The position numbers and the translations under genes are program-made. Positions 29,983 to 40,191 of a DNA stretch of 64,000 bases are shown here, one piece after another. Origin of the DNA: Dehalococcoides mccartyi (GTDB taxonomy: Bacteria > Chloroflexota > Dehalococcoidia > GIF9 > DYGU01). The notes under the pieces were generated by a model. The model was not told where the DNA came from. It was given only the letters and a program-made list of their open reading frames with translations, and searched no databases. The DNA is taken from positions 38,105-102,104 of the forward strand of contig DYGU01000003.1 of the NCBI GenBank assembly GCA_020724525.1. The letters are read 5' to 3'. Within the stretch, counting starts at the first letter, position 1; each line of letters starts with the position of its first letter.

Positions 29983-31284
29983 CTAAGCTTCTACCCTGAC
30001 AAAATTGTTAATCTCCCTGACTACAGGTAAGAACTCCATCTCCCTCAAAGCCTCCCGGACCGCTTGTTCTTTAGCTGGGTGAGTCATAATAACAATCTCG
30101 GCAGTTTGGGCTATAGGGTCAGTCTCCTTCTGTATTACCGAGGAAATGCTAATAAGATGGTCACCTAATATCTTTGATATTTGTGCCAGAACACCGGGAC
30201 GGTCGGCAACATTCATCCTGAAGTAGTAGCGTGTTTCCACTTCGGACATAGGCTTAATAGTCTTGCCAACGTCAAAAGTTAGTTTCGGAAAATTACTTAT
30301 CCCATAGCTAATGCCTTGAGCCACAGCTACTACATCGGCAATAACAGCACTGGAAGTTGGCAAAGGTCCGGCACCTTGACCATAAAATATTACTTTACCT
30401 ACCAAATCTCCTTCTACCTGGACAGCATTATAAACACCATTGACTTTAGCCAGCAAAAAGTCTTCAGGAATAAAAACCGGATGTACCCTGACTTCTATTG
30501 TCTGATTACTTGCCTTGGCAATAGCCAATAGTTTTATGGCATACTCCAGCTCCCGAGCATACCTGAAGTCACGAGCTTCCAATCGCGAAATTCCTTCACA
30601 ATATATGTCCTGAAGACTCACCTTAGTGCGGAAAGCCAGAGCGGCTAATATAGCTATCTTGTAAGCCGCATCCAGCCCTTCAATGTCTTTAGTCGGGTCA
30701 CGTTCAGCATAGCCCAAATCCTGAGCCTGTCTCAAAGCTACCGAAAAATCCAGCCCTCTCTGCTCCATCTGGGTCAAGATATAATTGGCGGTGCCGTTGA
30801 TAATACCATAAATAGCCGAAATATCATTGGCTACCAGGTCCTCCTGAAATGGGGCAATCAAAGGTATTCCGCCACCAACACTGGCTTCGAAGCGAAGAGC
30901 CACCTGATGCTGTTGGGCTAAAGTCAACAATTCATACCCGTGCTTCGCCATGACTTCTTTATTAGCTGTAACCACAGGCTTGCCAGCGATAAGAGCCTCT
31001 CTTATATAGTCCGCAGCCGGACGCTCGCCACCAATAAGTTCAATAACTATGTCTATTTCAGGATGATTAACTATATCGGCAAACCTGGTTGTGAAGAGCT
31101 GTGGCTCAATTCCTAACGAGCCATGCTTACTCAAATCCTTCTCCAGGATTTTTTTCAAAACCAGGGGGCTACCGGCTTGTCTGGCTAAAATGTCCTTTTT
31201 CTCCAGCAAGACCTTAGCCACACCACTGCCAATCACGCCCAAACCCATCAAGCCGATACCAATAGTTTTTCCCTTGTTAACCAC
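29983..31284 (-). CDS. hom: homoserine dehydrogenase
   Basis: NAD-binding GLMGLGVIGSG, catalytic domain, C-terminal ACT domain. 433 aa. Confidence 0.9.
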   Translation of the reverse strand: MVNKGKTIGIGLMGLGVIGSGVAKVLLEKKDILARQAGSPLVLKKILEKDLSKHGSLGIEPQLFTTRFADIVNHPEIDIVIELIGGERPAADYIREALIAGKPVVTANKEVMAKHGYELLTLAQQHQVALRFEASVGGGIPLIAPFQEDLVANDISAIYGIINGTANYILTQMEQRGLDFSVALRQAQDLGYAERDPTKDIEGLDAAYKIAILAALAFRTKVSLQDIYCEGISRLEARDFRYARELEYAIKLLAIAKASNQTIEVRVHPVFIPEDFLLAKVNGVYNAVQVEGDLVGKVIFYGQGAGPLPTSSAVIADVVAVAQGISYGISNFPKLTFDVGKTIKPMSEVETRYYFRMNVADRPGVLAQISKILGDHLISISSVIQKETDPIAQTAEIVIMTHPAKEQAVREALREMEFLPVVREINNFVRVEA

Positions 31285-31289
31285 AGCTA

Positions 31290-32561
31290 CTATTGCCTGC
31301 CTTTAGTAACACGAGCTAATGCCCAGGATTTCTTCTTTTCATCAATATAGTTCTCTAATTTACCTTTAGCCTTCAGTTCCGAAAGCCAGTCATCAAGGGC
31401 TTGAATCCTAAGCTTCTCCAAAATATCAGCCTCAATCGGGCGATTACTATCCTTTTCTATAACCTTGACCAGCCAGTAGCCCCCTTTAGTCTGAATACCA
31501 CCAGCACGAATCGGTTCACTTACTCCCCCGAGTTCTAAAGCAAAAGCAGCCTTACTAAAATGGACGCCGCCTATAGCCCCTAACTCGTCTTCCTTCACCC
31601 AGCCCAAATCACCACCCCTGTCTTTGCTCTCAGTATGCTGAGAATATTCTTTAGCCAAAGTAGCAAAATCTGCCCCGGCTTCTAACTTCGCCTTTATCGT
31701 CTCAGCCTCTCCCTTACTCCCCAACAACATCACTTTTGCCTGAACACTCTCCCCATCTTTCTTGTCCACCACTTTTATCAGCCAGTAGCCCACATCTTTA
31801 GTAATATTAGCATCAAACACCGGCTGGCTCAGTTTCCCCGGTTCTAAAGAGAAAGCAACCTCCTCCAGAATTGGGCTTCCCACTAAAATCTTGGCTAATC
31901 CCCTGGGTAACCAGCCTAAATCACCCTTCTTGGTTCGAGTTTGTGTCTCCTGCGAAAACTCTATTACCAGAGAGGCAAAGTCATCCCCTTGCTTTAGTTT
32001 GGCAGCTACTTCCTCAGCCACTTCCTTATCTTCTAATAACATAGCCTGAACTCGGACTTGCTCTCCCGAAGGCGGGACTTTAGCTGAAAAGTAGTCTTTC
32101 ATCAACTTGTCCCGCAACAATCGGCCACCGATTATATCCCTAAACACCTTCTTGTTGGGCAAATTAAGCTGCTTAAGTTGTTTATCTATTTCCTTATCGT
32201 TTACCTTAATGTCCAGCCTGTCTGCCTCTTGTCTCATCAATTCATTTTCTTGAATAATCCCAACAGTCCGGTTAGCGATAATAGGTAACCAAGCTGGGCT
32301 TTGTCCGTGACTGTAGATACGAAAGGCTTCCAGATAGTAGCCCATATCAAAAATGGTATCATTTACCTTAATCGCTGGTTGCCGCCGTGGTCCAATTTCA
32401 TCTGTATAGTATCCATAGCCAACATAACTTAAAACAAAGATCAGAAACAGTCCTCCCAGCACCAGAGTTATGTGTTGCCTTCGTCGCTGTTGCTGCCATT
32501 TAGCCAACTGACGTTTGGTAGGGGGTCGTTTAACTTCGACCTTCTTATGTTTTTTTGCCAA
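31290..32561 (-). CDS. peptidyl-prolyl cis-trans isomerase (parvulin/SurA-PrsA-like, membrane anchored)
   Basis: Basic N-terminus plus TM (LVLGGLFLIFVLSYVGYGYY), then two parvulin-like domains (DLGWLPRG..., DLGWVKEDELG...). Confidence 0.75.
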   Translation of the reverse strand: MAKKHKKVEVKRPPTKRQLAKWQQQRRRQHITLVLGGLFLIFVLSYVGYGYYTDEIGPRRQPAIKVNDTIFDMGYYLEAFRIYSHGQSPAWLPIIANRTVGIIQENELMRQEADRLDIKVNDKEIDKQLKQLNLPNKKVFRDIIGGRLLRDKLMKDYFSAKVPPSGEQVRVQAMLLEDKEVAEEVAAKLKQGDDFASLVIEFSQETQTRTKKGDLGWLPRGLAKILVGSPILEEVAFSLEPGKLSQPVFDANITKDVGYWLIKVVDKKDGESVQAKVMLLGSKGEAETIKAKLEAGADFATLAKEYSQHTESKDRGGDLGWVKEDELGAIGGVHFSKAAFALELGGVSEPIRAGGIQTKGGYWLVKVIEKDSNRPIEADILEKLRIQALDDWLSELKAKGKLENYIDEKKKSWALARVTKGRQ

Positions 32562-32625
32562 GGCAGAAACCCTTGAATTGTGCTATTGCTGGAGTTATGA
32601 TAACATATTGCTGCCGATAAGGCGA

Positions 32626-32702
32626 CGGGGTGTAGCGCAGCCTGGTAGCGCACCTGAATGGGGTTCAGGTGGTCGGCGGTTCAAATCCGCCCACCCCGAC
32701 CA
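32626..32702 (+). tRNA. tRNA-Pro (anticodon GGG)
   Basis: CGGGGTGTAGCGCAGCCTGGTAGCGCACCTGAATGGGGTTCAGGTGGTCGGCGGTTCAAATCCGCCCACCCCGACCA. Anticodon loop AUGGGGU, T-loop GGTTCAAATCC, encoded CCA. Confidence 0.85.
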
Positions 32703-32737
32703 TGATAAAGCTTCAAAAGTTTAATTTTGTTTCGCGG

Positions 32738-33538
32738 TCATTCGATAGCTTCAATTCTGTAATATAAAACACCCGCTGGAGCTGAAACTTCAATGGTCTC
32801 TCCAGGCTTATGACCTATTATCGCTTTACCAATAGGTGAAGCCATAGAAATTCTACCGGCAGCAGGCTTGGCTTCACTGGGACTAACCAGGGTATAACGC
32901 ACCTCTTCCCCCAAGGCTAAATCCCGGAGAACAACGGTACTGCCAATACCTGCCTTAGTCATAGAAACTAACTCCGCCTCAGTAACAGTGGCTGCTTTCA
33001 GCATCGCTTCTATGGCTCTGATACGGGCTTCCATTTGACCTTGATACTCCCGGGCAGCCTCTAAGGGAGCATTTTCGCGAAAATCTTTATCCGCAGCAGC
33101 TCGGCGCAATTCCTCAGCAATGCGAGGTCGCTCCGATTTGAGAGCTGCCAGCTCTGCTTCAAGTTGGGCATATCCCTGGGGAGTTAAGGAAACAGGTGAT
33201 GAGGATGATTGTTTTAAAGAGGCAGCAAAACGAGGCAGTGTTTTCCTCACCCGGAGGTGGGCAGCCAGGTTGGTTTTGATGAGACCCTCTTTACGAGCAT
33301 AATTAAGGAGGGCTTTCACCGGCTCCAGTTTTTTTAATGGCTCAAATGCAGAAGCAGTAACCTGCTCGGCATAATTACTCAGTTCAGGAGCCGTAATTTC
33401 AGCTAAAGACCGTCCCCAACCATACCAGCGAACAAACTTGAAAACTTCAGACTGAGTCAGTTCCCTTTCCCTAGGAGGCAAATTAGCCAAAAATTTGGTT
33501 GCTATCTCTCCCAGGGAAGACTCTCGCGCCATTTCCAT
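32738..33538 (-). CDS. greA: transcription elongation factor GreA with about 110-aa N-terminal extension
   Basis: C-terminal 155 aa match GreA (ELAALKSERPRIAEELRRAAADKDFRENAPLEAAREYQGQMEARIRAIE...SPIGKAIIGHKPGETIEV). The N-terminal 110 aa have no obvious family. Confidence 0.8.
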   Translation of the reverse strand: MEMARESSLGEIATKFLANLPPRERELTQSEVFKFVRWYGWGRSLAEITAPELSNYAEQVTASAFEPLKKLEPVKALLNYARKEGLIKTNLAAHLRVRKTLPRFAASLKQSSSSPVSLTPQGYAQLEAELAALKSERPRIAEELRRAAADKDFRENAPLEAAREYQGQMEARIRAIEAMLKAATVTEAELVSMTKAGIGSTVVLRDLALGEEVRYTLVSPSEAKPAAGRISMASPIGKAIIGHKPGETIEVSAPAGVLYYRIEAIE

Positions 33539-33704
33539 TCTCCCAAACTATAAATAATACGGCAAACCATGACCGGGGTCAATCGGTTTAAAGAAAAGAT
33601 TGTTTACTAGTGTAGTGCGAGGCTAAAGCCTCGCTACAGAAAAGTGACCCTGAAGGGTCACCCTAAGGTGAGGGTGACAAAATAAACACTCTTTTAAACT
33701 GCGA

Positions 33705-34817
33705 TTATATTCCGAGCTCAGTCCGAACACGCAGGAAATGGAGTAAACCATCACGAGCTACCATGCCAATCACTTTACTACCCTCCACTACCGGTAGCTG
33801 ATTTACATCTCCTTCATCCATTAGTTCCAGCAAGCTTACTGCTGATTGTTCAGGATGGATCACCTTAAGTTGACTGGTAGGCGTCATTATTTCCCTTACT
33901 GAAGTAGAATCCCAACGCTCTTGAGGTATCATTTTTACATTATGTAAAGTAACGACACCCTCCAGACTTCCGTCTTTAGTCACCAAAAAACAACGGCGAC
34001 CTGTGGGTAGTATATAATCCCGGACTAATTGGCCTAGGGTAATTTCCCGAGAAATAGAAGGGTAGTCCACAGTCATTACATCGCGGACAGTAAAACCATG
34101 GAGGGCATCTCTTAATAATGCCTGACGGTAACTGGTCATAGCTGCATTCTCCAAAAACCAGCCAATAAATGCCAGCCACAACCCGGTAAACCATTGGCCC
34201 AAGACAATCATAATCACAATACCCCCCAGAATGAAAAGAAAACCGATACCCCTTCCGGCCAAGGTAGCAATGCGGGTTGCCTTACTATAATCTCCCGTCC
34301 TCATCCACAAAAAAGCTCTAAAGATCCTGCCTCCATCCAGAGGAAAGCCAGGAATAAGATTGAATAAAGCCAGCATTACATTTATAAAAACCAGCCACTG
34401 GACCAACACGGCAACTATAACATCACCAGTCCTTACTAAGAACAAATGAGCCAGAGAAAATACCCCGGCAATTATCAAACTGGACAAAGGTCCAACCACA
34501 GCTATTAAAAACTCAACAATAGGCTTGGTGGCTTCCTTAGTTATCTGAGATACTCCACCAAAGATGAAGAGAGTTATGCCTTTCACCGGGATACCGTTGC
34601 GAATAGCTATCAGGCTATGAGCTAACTCATGAGCAACTATAGAAGTAAAGAGAAGTAAACTGGTGGCTATCCCAAAGATTATCCGCTGCCATAAAGGATA
34701 AGCCTCAGGAAAATTAGTCACCAGTGCTGCCGTTATCAAAGTGAAAATAAGAAACCAGGTATAATGAAGATATATTGGGATGCCCAAAAATTTACCTAAA
34801 TTCATGACAACTGTCAC
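33705..34817 (-). CDS. site-2 protease family (M50) zinc metalloprotease with tandem CBS domains
   Basis: HELAHS zinc motif in a polytopic membrane domain. C-terminal CBS pair. Confidence 0.8.
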   Translation of the reverse strand: MTVVMNLGKFLGIPIYLHYTWFLIFTLITAALVTNFPEAYPLWQRIIFGIATSLLLFTSIVAHELAHSLIAIRNGIPVKGITLFIFGGVSQITKEATKPIVEFLIAVVGPLSSLIIAGVFSLAHLFLVRTGDVIVAVLVQWLVFINVMLALFNLIPGFPLDGGRIFRAFLWMRTGDYSKATRIATLAGRGIGFLFILGGIVIMIVLGQWFTGLWLAFIGWFLENAAMTSYRQALLRDALHGFTVRDVMTVDYPSISREITLGQLVRDYILPTGRRCFLVTKDGSLEGVVTLHNVKMIPQERWDSTSVREIMTPTSQLKVIHPEQSAVSLLELMDEGDVNQLPVVEGSKVIGMVARDGLLHFLRVRTELGI

Positions 34818-35725
34818 CTTTTCTCCCTTAAAGTAGTATAACCAATTAACTTATAAGCCAGCTTAGCCGCTAAAAAAGCACAAGAAAGCGGTCCTTCCCG
34901 AGGACAAAGCTCCATAAGGTCAAAACCAACAACATTCCGTTCCCGGACAATCCCTTTAAGTAAATTTATGACTTCCGCCCAGTGGAGACCACCAGGTTCA
35001 GGATTACTTACTGCGGGCATAACTGCCGGGTCAAAAACATCCAAATCAATAGTTATATAAACATTTTCGGAAAGAGATGAAACTATCTCCGCCAAGGAAT
35101 CAGGAGGAATAGCCCCTCCTGAAGCAAAAAAGAGGTACACTCTATCCTGGTTCAAGAATTGCTGCTCCTCCCAGCTTAAACTTCTTATTCCTACTTGAAC
35201 TATAGAACAAAGCTCAAACAACCGATGCATGACACAAGCATGATTATATTTAGTCCCCATATATTCGTCCCGGAAGTCAGCATGAGCATCCAATTGCAAA
35301 ACACTTAAGTCAGAAAACTTCTCCTTATAAGCCTTGACCATTCCCAGAGTAAGGGTATGTTCGCCACCAAGCATTACAACCAATTTCCCTTCTTTGATTA
35401 ACCCCGTGGCAATTTCATAAACTCGGTGCACCATGGCTTCAGGTCCACTCATCAGAGGCTGGACTTCGGGTAAAGTGTGAATTCCCACCTTATATGTCTC
35501 CAAACCCAATTCCAGGTCATACAATTCTAAATATTGTGAGGCATCAATGATGGCTTTAGGACCATCCCGAGAGCCACTACGCCATTCTGTAGTGCTATCA
35601 TAAGGCACCGGCAGGATTACCACCCGAGCCTGCTGTCTGTCTGTATATGGTGGAAGAATACTACCAAAACCCCGAGGGGGGAAAAAAAGTTCCTCTTCAT
35701 TCTTCATTGGGGTAAAATTCCACAA
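34814..35725 (-). CDS. speB: agmatinase (ureohydrolase family)
   Basis: Arginase/agmatinase fold with Mn-binding GGEHTLT and DAHAD-type motifs. 4-nt overlap with the S2P gene. Confidence 0.8.
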   Translation of the reverse strand: MWNFTPMKNEEELFFPPRGFGSILPPYTDRQQARVVILPVPYDSTTEWRSGSRDGPKAIIDASQYLELYDLELGLETYKVGIHTLPEVQPLMSGPEAMVHRVYEIATGLIKEGKLVVMLGGEHTLTLGMVKAYKEKFSDLSVLQLDAHADFRDEYMGTKYNHACVMHRLFELCSIVQVGIRSLSWEEQQFLNQDRVYLFFASGGAIPPDSLAEIVSSLSENVYITIDLDVFDPAVMPAVSNPEPGGLHWAEVINLLKGIVRERNVVGFDLMELCPREGPLSCAFLAAKLAYKLIGYTTLREKR

Positions 35726-36101
35726 CCTTACTTGGGCTAACAGAGCAAGGAGCTACCCACTCCCTGTCTATTAGATAACTTTTTAATTTCGTCAGCCGAA
35801 ATTTTTCTTTCAAATCATTAATCACCTGTTGAGCATTAAAATCCCGACAGGAGAAAACATCAATATTGACATAGCACCGCTCAACAAAAGTATGGAGACT
35901 AATATGGCTTTCAGCAATAAATACGAAACCAGATATCCCCCGGTCTTCGGGACGAGACCCAAGATACCTGAAGATAAAAGGAGATGAAATCTTGGTCATC
36001 CCAATTTTGGAGGGGTAAGAGTCTAACCACTGATATAGAAACCTCTCATCCTGTAAAATTTGCGGTTCGCTACTATACCCATCAATAATTAGATGCATCA
36101 A
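35697..36101 (-). CDS. speH: S-adenosylmethionine decarboxylase proenzyme (SpeH type)
   Basis: GFVFIAESHISLHTF, the self-processing ES site of small AdoMetDC. 134 aa. Confidence 0.75.
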   Translation of the reverse strand: MMHLIIDGYSSEPQILQDERFLYQWLDSYPSKIGMTKISSPFIFRYLGSRPEDRGISGFVFIAESHISLHTFVERCYVNIDVFSCRDFNAQQVINDLKEKFRLTKLKSYLIDREWVAPCSVSPSKVVEFYPNEE

Positions 36102-37332
36102 TGCTCCCTTCCAGTAAAATTCTCCTCAACTCAAAAAGAGCCGCCAAAGCCGCCCTGTGCTTTAATTGTTGTGGAGAGCCGGGATATTTCCGGGTAAAGT
36201 TCTGCCTATTCTTGCCATCGTCAATGCTAATAAATATAGTATCTACTGCCTTATTTTCTGTTTCACCAAACCCTGTAACTCCACTAACAGCTATACCAAT
36301 AGCAGCTTTAAATCTCTGCCGGGCTATTGTTGCCATAGCCTCAGCTACTTCAGGACTCATAGCTCCATATTGAGCCAAAAGCCGGTCATCAACACCAAAA
36401 GCTAACGCCATCTCTCGGGAATGAACTACCAAGCCACCTTTAAAATAAGCTGAACTCCCCGGGACATTGGTAATGAGGTTAGCTAAAAAGCCACCAGTAC
36501 CAAATTCCATAGTCGCCAAACTTAATTTCTTACTTATTAACAAATTGCCAATTATAGCTTCCAGAGTCTCCGAATCTACTCCCCAAATATATTCCTTTAG
36601 AATCGCTCGGATATCAGCCTCTCTCCGGTCAAGTTTTTCTTTAGCTTCTTTCACTTCCCGAGCTTTGGTCGCAACCCGTAAATGAATCCCATCTGGTTTA
36701 GCATAAGTAGCCAGAGTTGGGTCATTTGCTGAAAGGAAAGGGCTTACCAGTTCATCTACTTTAGCTTCAGGCAAACCGAAGGTTTTAATTGTTCGTGACA
36801 GGATAACTGCCTCACTCTTTTGTTGTAATTTCGGGAAAACTGCCTTCTCCCACATTAATTGCATCTCCCCTGGCGGTCCAGGCATGGTGATAATGGTTCG
36901 TCCTCCCTTCTCCACCCACCAACCCGGTGCTGTACCCCGAGGATTGGGAATTATTTCGGCTGAAGTAATAACCGAAGCCTGCTTAACATTACTCGGCGGC
37001 ATTTCCAAACCACGCCGACCAAAGAAAGCTTTTAATTCCTGGGCTAATGCCACATCTATTTTTATCTCTTCATTAAGCAACTCAGCAATAGCTTCGCGGG
37101 TAATATCATCCTGAGTCGGTCCTAAACCACCCGTAGTAATAATAATGTCTGAGCGCTCCCAGGCTCGCCTTAACGTCTCAACCAACCTTTTCTGGTTATC
37201 ACCAACTGTTGAAATAAAATAAAGGTCAATGCCAAGTAAGGGCAACTGACTGGCGAGAAAAGAGGCATTATTATCTGTTATTTCTCCGAGCAAAAGCTCA
37301 GTACCAATAGAAATTATCTCGGCTTTCACCAA
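36082..37332 (-). CDS. cinA: competence/damage-inducible protein CinA (MoCF-binding plus nicotinamide-nucleotide amidase domains)
   Basis: MVKAEIISIGTELLLGEITDNNASFLASQL N-terminus and C-terminal PncC-like domain. 416 aa. Confidence 0.85.
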   Translation of the reverse strand: MVKAEIISIGTELLLGEITDNNASFLASQLPLLGIDLYFISTVGDNQKRLVETLRRAWERSDIIITTGGLGPTQDDITREAIAELLNEEIKIDVALAQELKAFFGRRGLEMPPSNVKQASVITSAEIIPNPRGTAPGWWVEKGGRTIITMPGPPGEMQLMWEKAVFPKLQQKSEAVILSRTIKTFGLPEAKVDELVSPFLSANDPTLATYAKPDGIHLRVATKAREVKEAKEKLDRREADIRAILKEYIWGVDSETLEAIIGNLLISKKLSLATMEFGTGGFLANLITNVPGSSAYFKGGLVVHSREMALAFGVDDRLLAQYGAMSPEVAEAMATIARQRFKAAIGIAVSGVTGFGETENKAVDTIFISIDDGKNRQNFTRKYPGSPQQLKHRAALAALFELRRILLEGSIDASNY

Positions 37333-37343
37333 TTTTTGCCATT

Positions 37344-37448
37344 AAGAGATTGTTGAAAAAGTCCTCATGTCTTTCCAAAGTAAACCTATGCTTAACCCCT
37401 CTCTAAATTCGGGGCTCCCTGAAAAACGAAATTTTTCAGGGGTTTTAT
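37344..37448 (+). repeat. intergenic repeat element, copy B
   Basis: About 90% identical to 24383..24486. Hairpin CCCTGAAAAA-CGAAA-TTTTTCAGGG with a compensatory loop change. Sits between thiC stop and cinA start. Confidence 0.6.
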
Positions 37449-38743
37449 TAACACCGAACTGCTGAAATTCCTAAATATTTTTCTACCAGTGCCATAGCAC
37501 AATATTTACCACACATACTACAAGCTGGTCCCTTGGTAGCATATTTGCTATGGACTTGTCGCACCCGTTCCGGGTCTAAAGATAATTTAGCTTGAGTCTC
37601 CCAATCAAGCTGCTTACGTGCCACAGACATATTTTTGTCCCATTCCCAAGCCCCTTTTACACCCTTAACAATATCAGCAGCATGGGCAGCAATTCGGGAG
37701 GCAATCACCCCCATTTTTACATCTTCAGCATCGGGTAAAGACAGGTGCTCCGCTGGAGTCACGTAACACAGAAAATCAGCACCTGCCGCCGCAGCTATCG
37801 CACCCCCAATAGCACAGGTAATATGGTCGTAGCCAGCACCAATATCTGTTACCAATGGACCTAAAACATAAAAGGGGGCACCCCGGCACAAACTTTTCTC
37901 CAAACGAACATTAGTTGTTATCTGGTCTAAGGGTAAATGACCTGGACCTTCTACCATTACCTGCACACCTGCCTGCCAAGCACGCTCCACTAACTCACCG
38001 AGAACGATTAACTCCTCAACCTGAGCCCGATCAGTAGCATCAGCTAAACTTCCGGGGCGCATGCCATCACCAAGACTCAAAGTAATGTCAAACTGGCGAG
38101 CTATATTCAGTAATCGGTCATAGTATTCATAAAGAGGATTCTCGCGCTCATTATGCAGCATCCAACCTATGAGGAAAGCACCGCCTCGGGAGACAACATC
38201 GGTCACTCTCTGCTGACGCCGCAACCGGTCAATGGCTGCCTGAGTGACTCCACAATGGACTGTTATAAAATCAACGCCTTCCTTAGCCTGCTCTTCGATG
38301 ACAGCAAAAATACTGTCAACAGTCATATTCACTATGGCACCAGAACTGTCAATAGCTTCAATCCCAGCCTGGTATATAGGGACAGTACCCAAAGGTAATG
38401 GACAATTAGCCATAATCGCCTGCCTAACTACTTTTATATCACCACCAGTGCTCAAATCCATAACTGTATCAGCCCCCGAACTAATAGCTACCCGGAGTTT
38501 TTCAAGTTCACCGCCTATAGTAGCCAGATCTGAAGAAGTGCCGATATTAGCATTAACTTTGGTCCGTAGTCCTTTACCTATGCCACAGGCAATAAGCCCA
38601 ACATGGTTGATATTTGCCGGAATAATAATCTTACCCTCAGCCAGACCTTTCTGGACAAGTTCTACATCAAGTTTTTCGACCTGGGCTACATGCTCCATCT
38701 GAGATGAGATAATACCTTTACGCGCCAGCTCAAGTTGAGTCAT
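37448..38743 (-). CDS. thiC: phosphomethylpyrimidine synthase
   Basis: [20 protein letters not shown]... and radical-SAM-like ThiC C-terminus ([10 protein letters not shown]). ATG 38743 with GGAGGA RBS, preferred over TTG 38761. Confidence 0.9.
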   Translation of the reverse strand: MTQLELARKGIISSQMEHVAQVEKLDVELVQKGLAEGKIIIPANINHVGLIACGIGKGLRTKVNANIGTSSDLATIGGELEKLRVAISSGADTVMDLSTGGDIKVVRQAIMANCPLPLGTVPIYQAGIEAIDSSGAIVNMTVDSIFAVIEEQAKEGVDFITVHCGVTQAAIDRLRRQQRVTDVVSRGGAFLIGWMLHNERENPLYEYYDRLLNIARQFDITLSLGDGMRPGSLADATDRAQVEELIVLGELVERAWQAGVQVMVEGPGHLPLDQITTNVRLEKSLCRGAPFYVLGPLVTDIGAGYDHITCAIGGAIAAAAGADFLCYVTPAEHLSLPDAEDVKMGVIASRIAAHAADIVKGVKGAWEWDKNMSVARKQLDWETQAKLSLDPERVRQVHSKYATKGPACSMCGKYCAMALVEKYLGISAVRC

Positions 38744-38762
38744 CTGTCCTCCAAAACACAAA

Positions 38763-38905
38763 AACCAGGGCGTAGATAAGCAATACTAAACCCTGGTTAG
38801 TACTGCTTTCCTACGCTCGCATTAACGAGATCAGGTTCCAAGGGTTCCCCGTAACTAACCGCGGGATCTCAGCCAAAGCTTTTACCCAAGCACCCCCAGC
38901 AGCAA
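38763..38905 (-). ncRNA. TPP (THI-box) riboswitch with terminator-type expression platform
   Basis: Minus-sense GGGGUGCUUGGGUAAAAGCUUUGGCUGAGAUCCCG...GGGAACCCUUGGAACCUGAUCUCGUUAAUGCGAGCGUAGGAAA carries the conserved CUGAGA and ACCUGAUCU/GCGUAGG elements. Followed by hairpin AACCAGGG-N21-CCCTGGTT plus a U-run directly upstream of the thiC RBS. Confidence 0.85.
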
Positions 38906-39079
38906 ACTAAATTGTTTTAAATAATATACAATATTCCAGATTAAAAAACAATCTGCCGGAAGAGAAATTGTTTACCTATGCTTATCTACCATCATGAACA
39001 AAGTCAGAAACCCGTACCCACCCTCTCCCTTGAAGGGAGAGGAATAAGGTAAGGGTGACAAAATTGGAAGGGCAGGTAA

Positions 39080-40042
39080 TTAGACCCGTCGCCGCAGTAT
39101 CAGAGCCAGGGCACCAAAGTAGCGGCAAAGATTAAGGAAGGCTATACCAATAATGAGAGCCGAACTTGGCCCTGGAACAACAGTTTTGGCAACTCCGACC
39201 ACGGTGAAATAACCCTCTCGCCCATCAACAACCACATGATAAGTGCCAGGCTGAGTCTTGTAGACCGTGAAAGTCACCTGGATGGTGATGCGAGCGGCTA
39301 CTGTTAGGCTCTGAGTTTGCTCCACAACCCCGTTTATAGTTAAGGTAAGGTTGATAGCTCCAGGCATCCCACCAGCATTGGTCACATTGACTGAGACTAC
39401 TACCGGCTGATTGGGCTGGACTTGAGTTGCCGAAAGACCAAAATCACTTATAAACACGGCTGCCGGAGTTAGTGGTAGGCGGGGGACTGGAGGTGGTGGC
39501 GGTGGAGGTGGTGGAGGCGGTGGAGGTGGTGGAGGCGGTAGTAGAACAGCCGGTCCACCCTGGTCATCAATCACCCCATTAGCCACGCCATCATCGTCCC
39601 CGATGCCGCCATCAGTCAGGGTTAAAGTCAAAATATTATCGCCATCATTGCTGCCTAAAAATGGGGTCATATTAATCCAGCCTTCGGGGACATGATATTT
39701 CCAGTATTCAGTGCCTACTGGAAGAGGCGATGAGAAGGTAATGGTTACAACGACGGTTGCACCTAGAGTGATATTGGTGATGTTAAACGAGAAAAATCCA
39801 TGAGGGAAAATAACTCCTGTTGGTTTACCCTCTGTGGGCAGTGCCCCTTCAGCTATCGCAAACAGGTTGGTAATATTGCCCAGATTAGATGAAAAAGAAG
39901 TCACTCCAGTGCCAGTAGCCATGCCTGTCGCTTGAGTTGCCCCCGGGACAAAATTGACGGTAGTACTTACTTTGTATTGCGCCTCAGGGACGCCCGGACC
40001 ATGTGGTGCCGAGGCTGTTACTGTGGCTGTTTCCACAGTCAT
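39080..40042 (-). CDS. C-terminal fragment of large surface protein (Pro18 linker, C-terminal TM anchor); separated from its N-terminal part by a frameshift
   Basis: The frame is open upstream to 40276 and encodes an Ig-like Thr-rich segment (...ISAVPTSIAIGGAATSTITADLTRNSAGEVTGPPYIPDGTQIIFTTDKGSIGNTTVTK...) contiguous with the 40192..42249 ORF in another frame. Contains PPPPPPPPPPPPPPPPPPVP encoded by a (GGN)n tract at 39481..39540. C-terminal hydrophobic anchor plus RRRV. Confidence 0.6.
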   Translation of the reverse strand: MTVETATVTASAPHGPGVPEAQYKVSTTVNFVPGATQATGMATGTGVTSFSSNLGNITNLFAIAEGALPTEGKPTGVIFPHGFFSFNITNITLGATVVVTITFSSPLPVGTEYWKYHVPEGWINMTPFLGSNDGDNILTLTLTDGGIGDDDGVANGVIDDQGGPAVLLPPPPPPPPPPPPPPPPPVPRLPLTPAAVFISDFGLSATQVQPNQPVVVSVNVTNAGGMPGAINLTLTINGVVEQTQSLTVAARITIQVTFTVYKTQPGTYHVVVDGREGYFTVVGVAKTVVPGPSSALIIGIAFLNLCRYFGALALILRRRV

Positions 40043-40191
40043 AGATGAGGTCAGGGTAGCTGTCGCCTTGCCATTAGTGGTTGTTTTGGTTACTGTGGTA
40101 TTACCAATAGAACCCTTGTCCGTGGTAAAGATAATTTGTGTGCCATCGGGGATGTAAGGCGGACCGGTGACCTCTCCTGCCGAGTTCCTGG

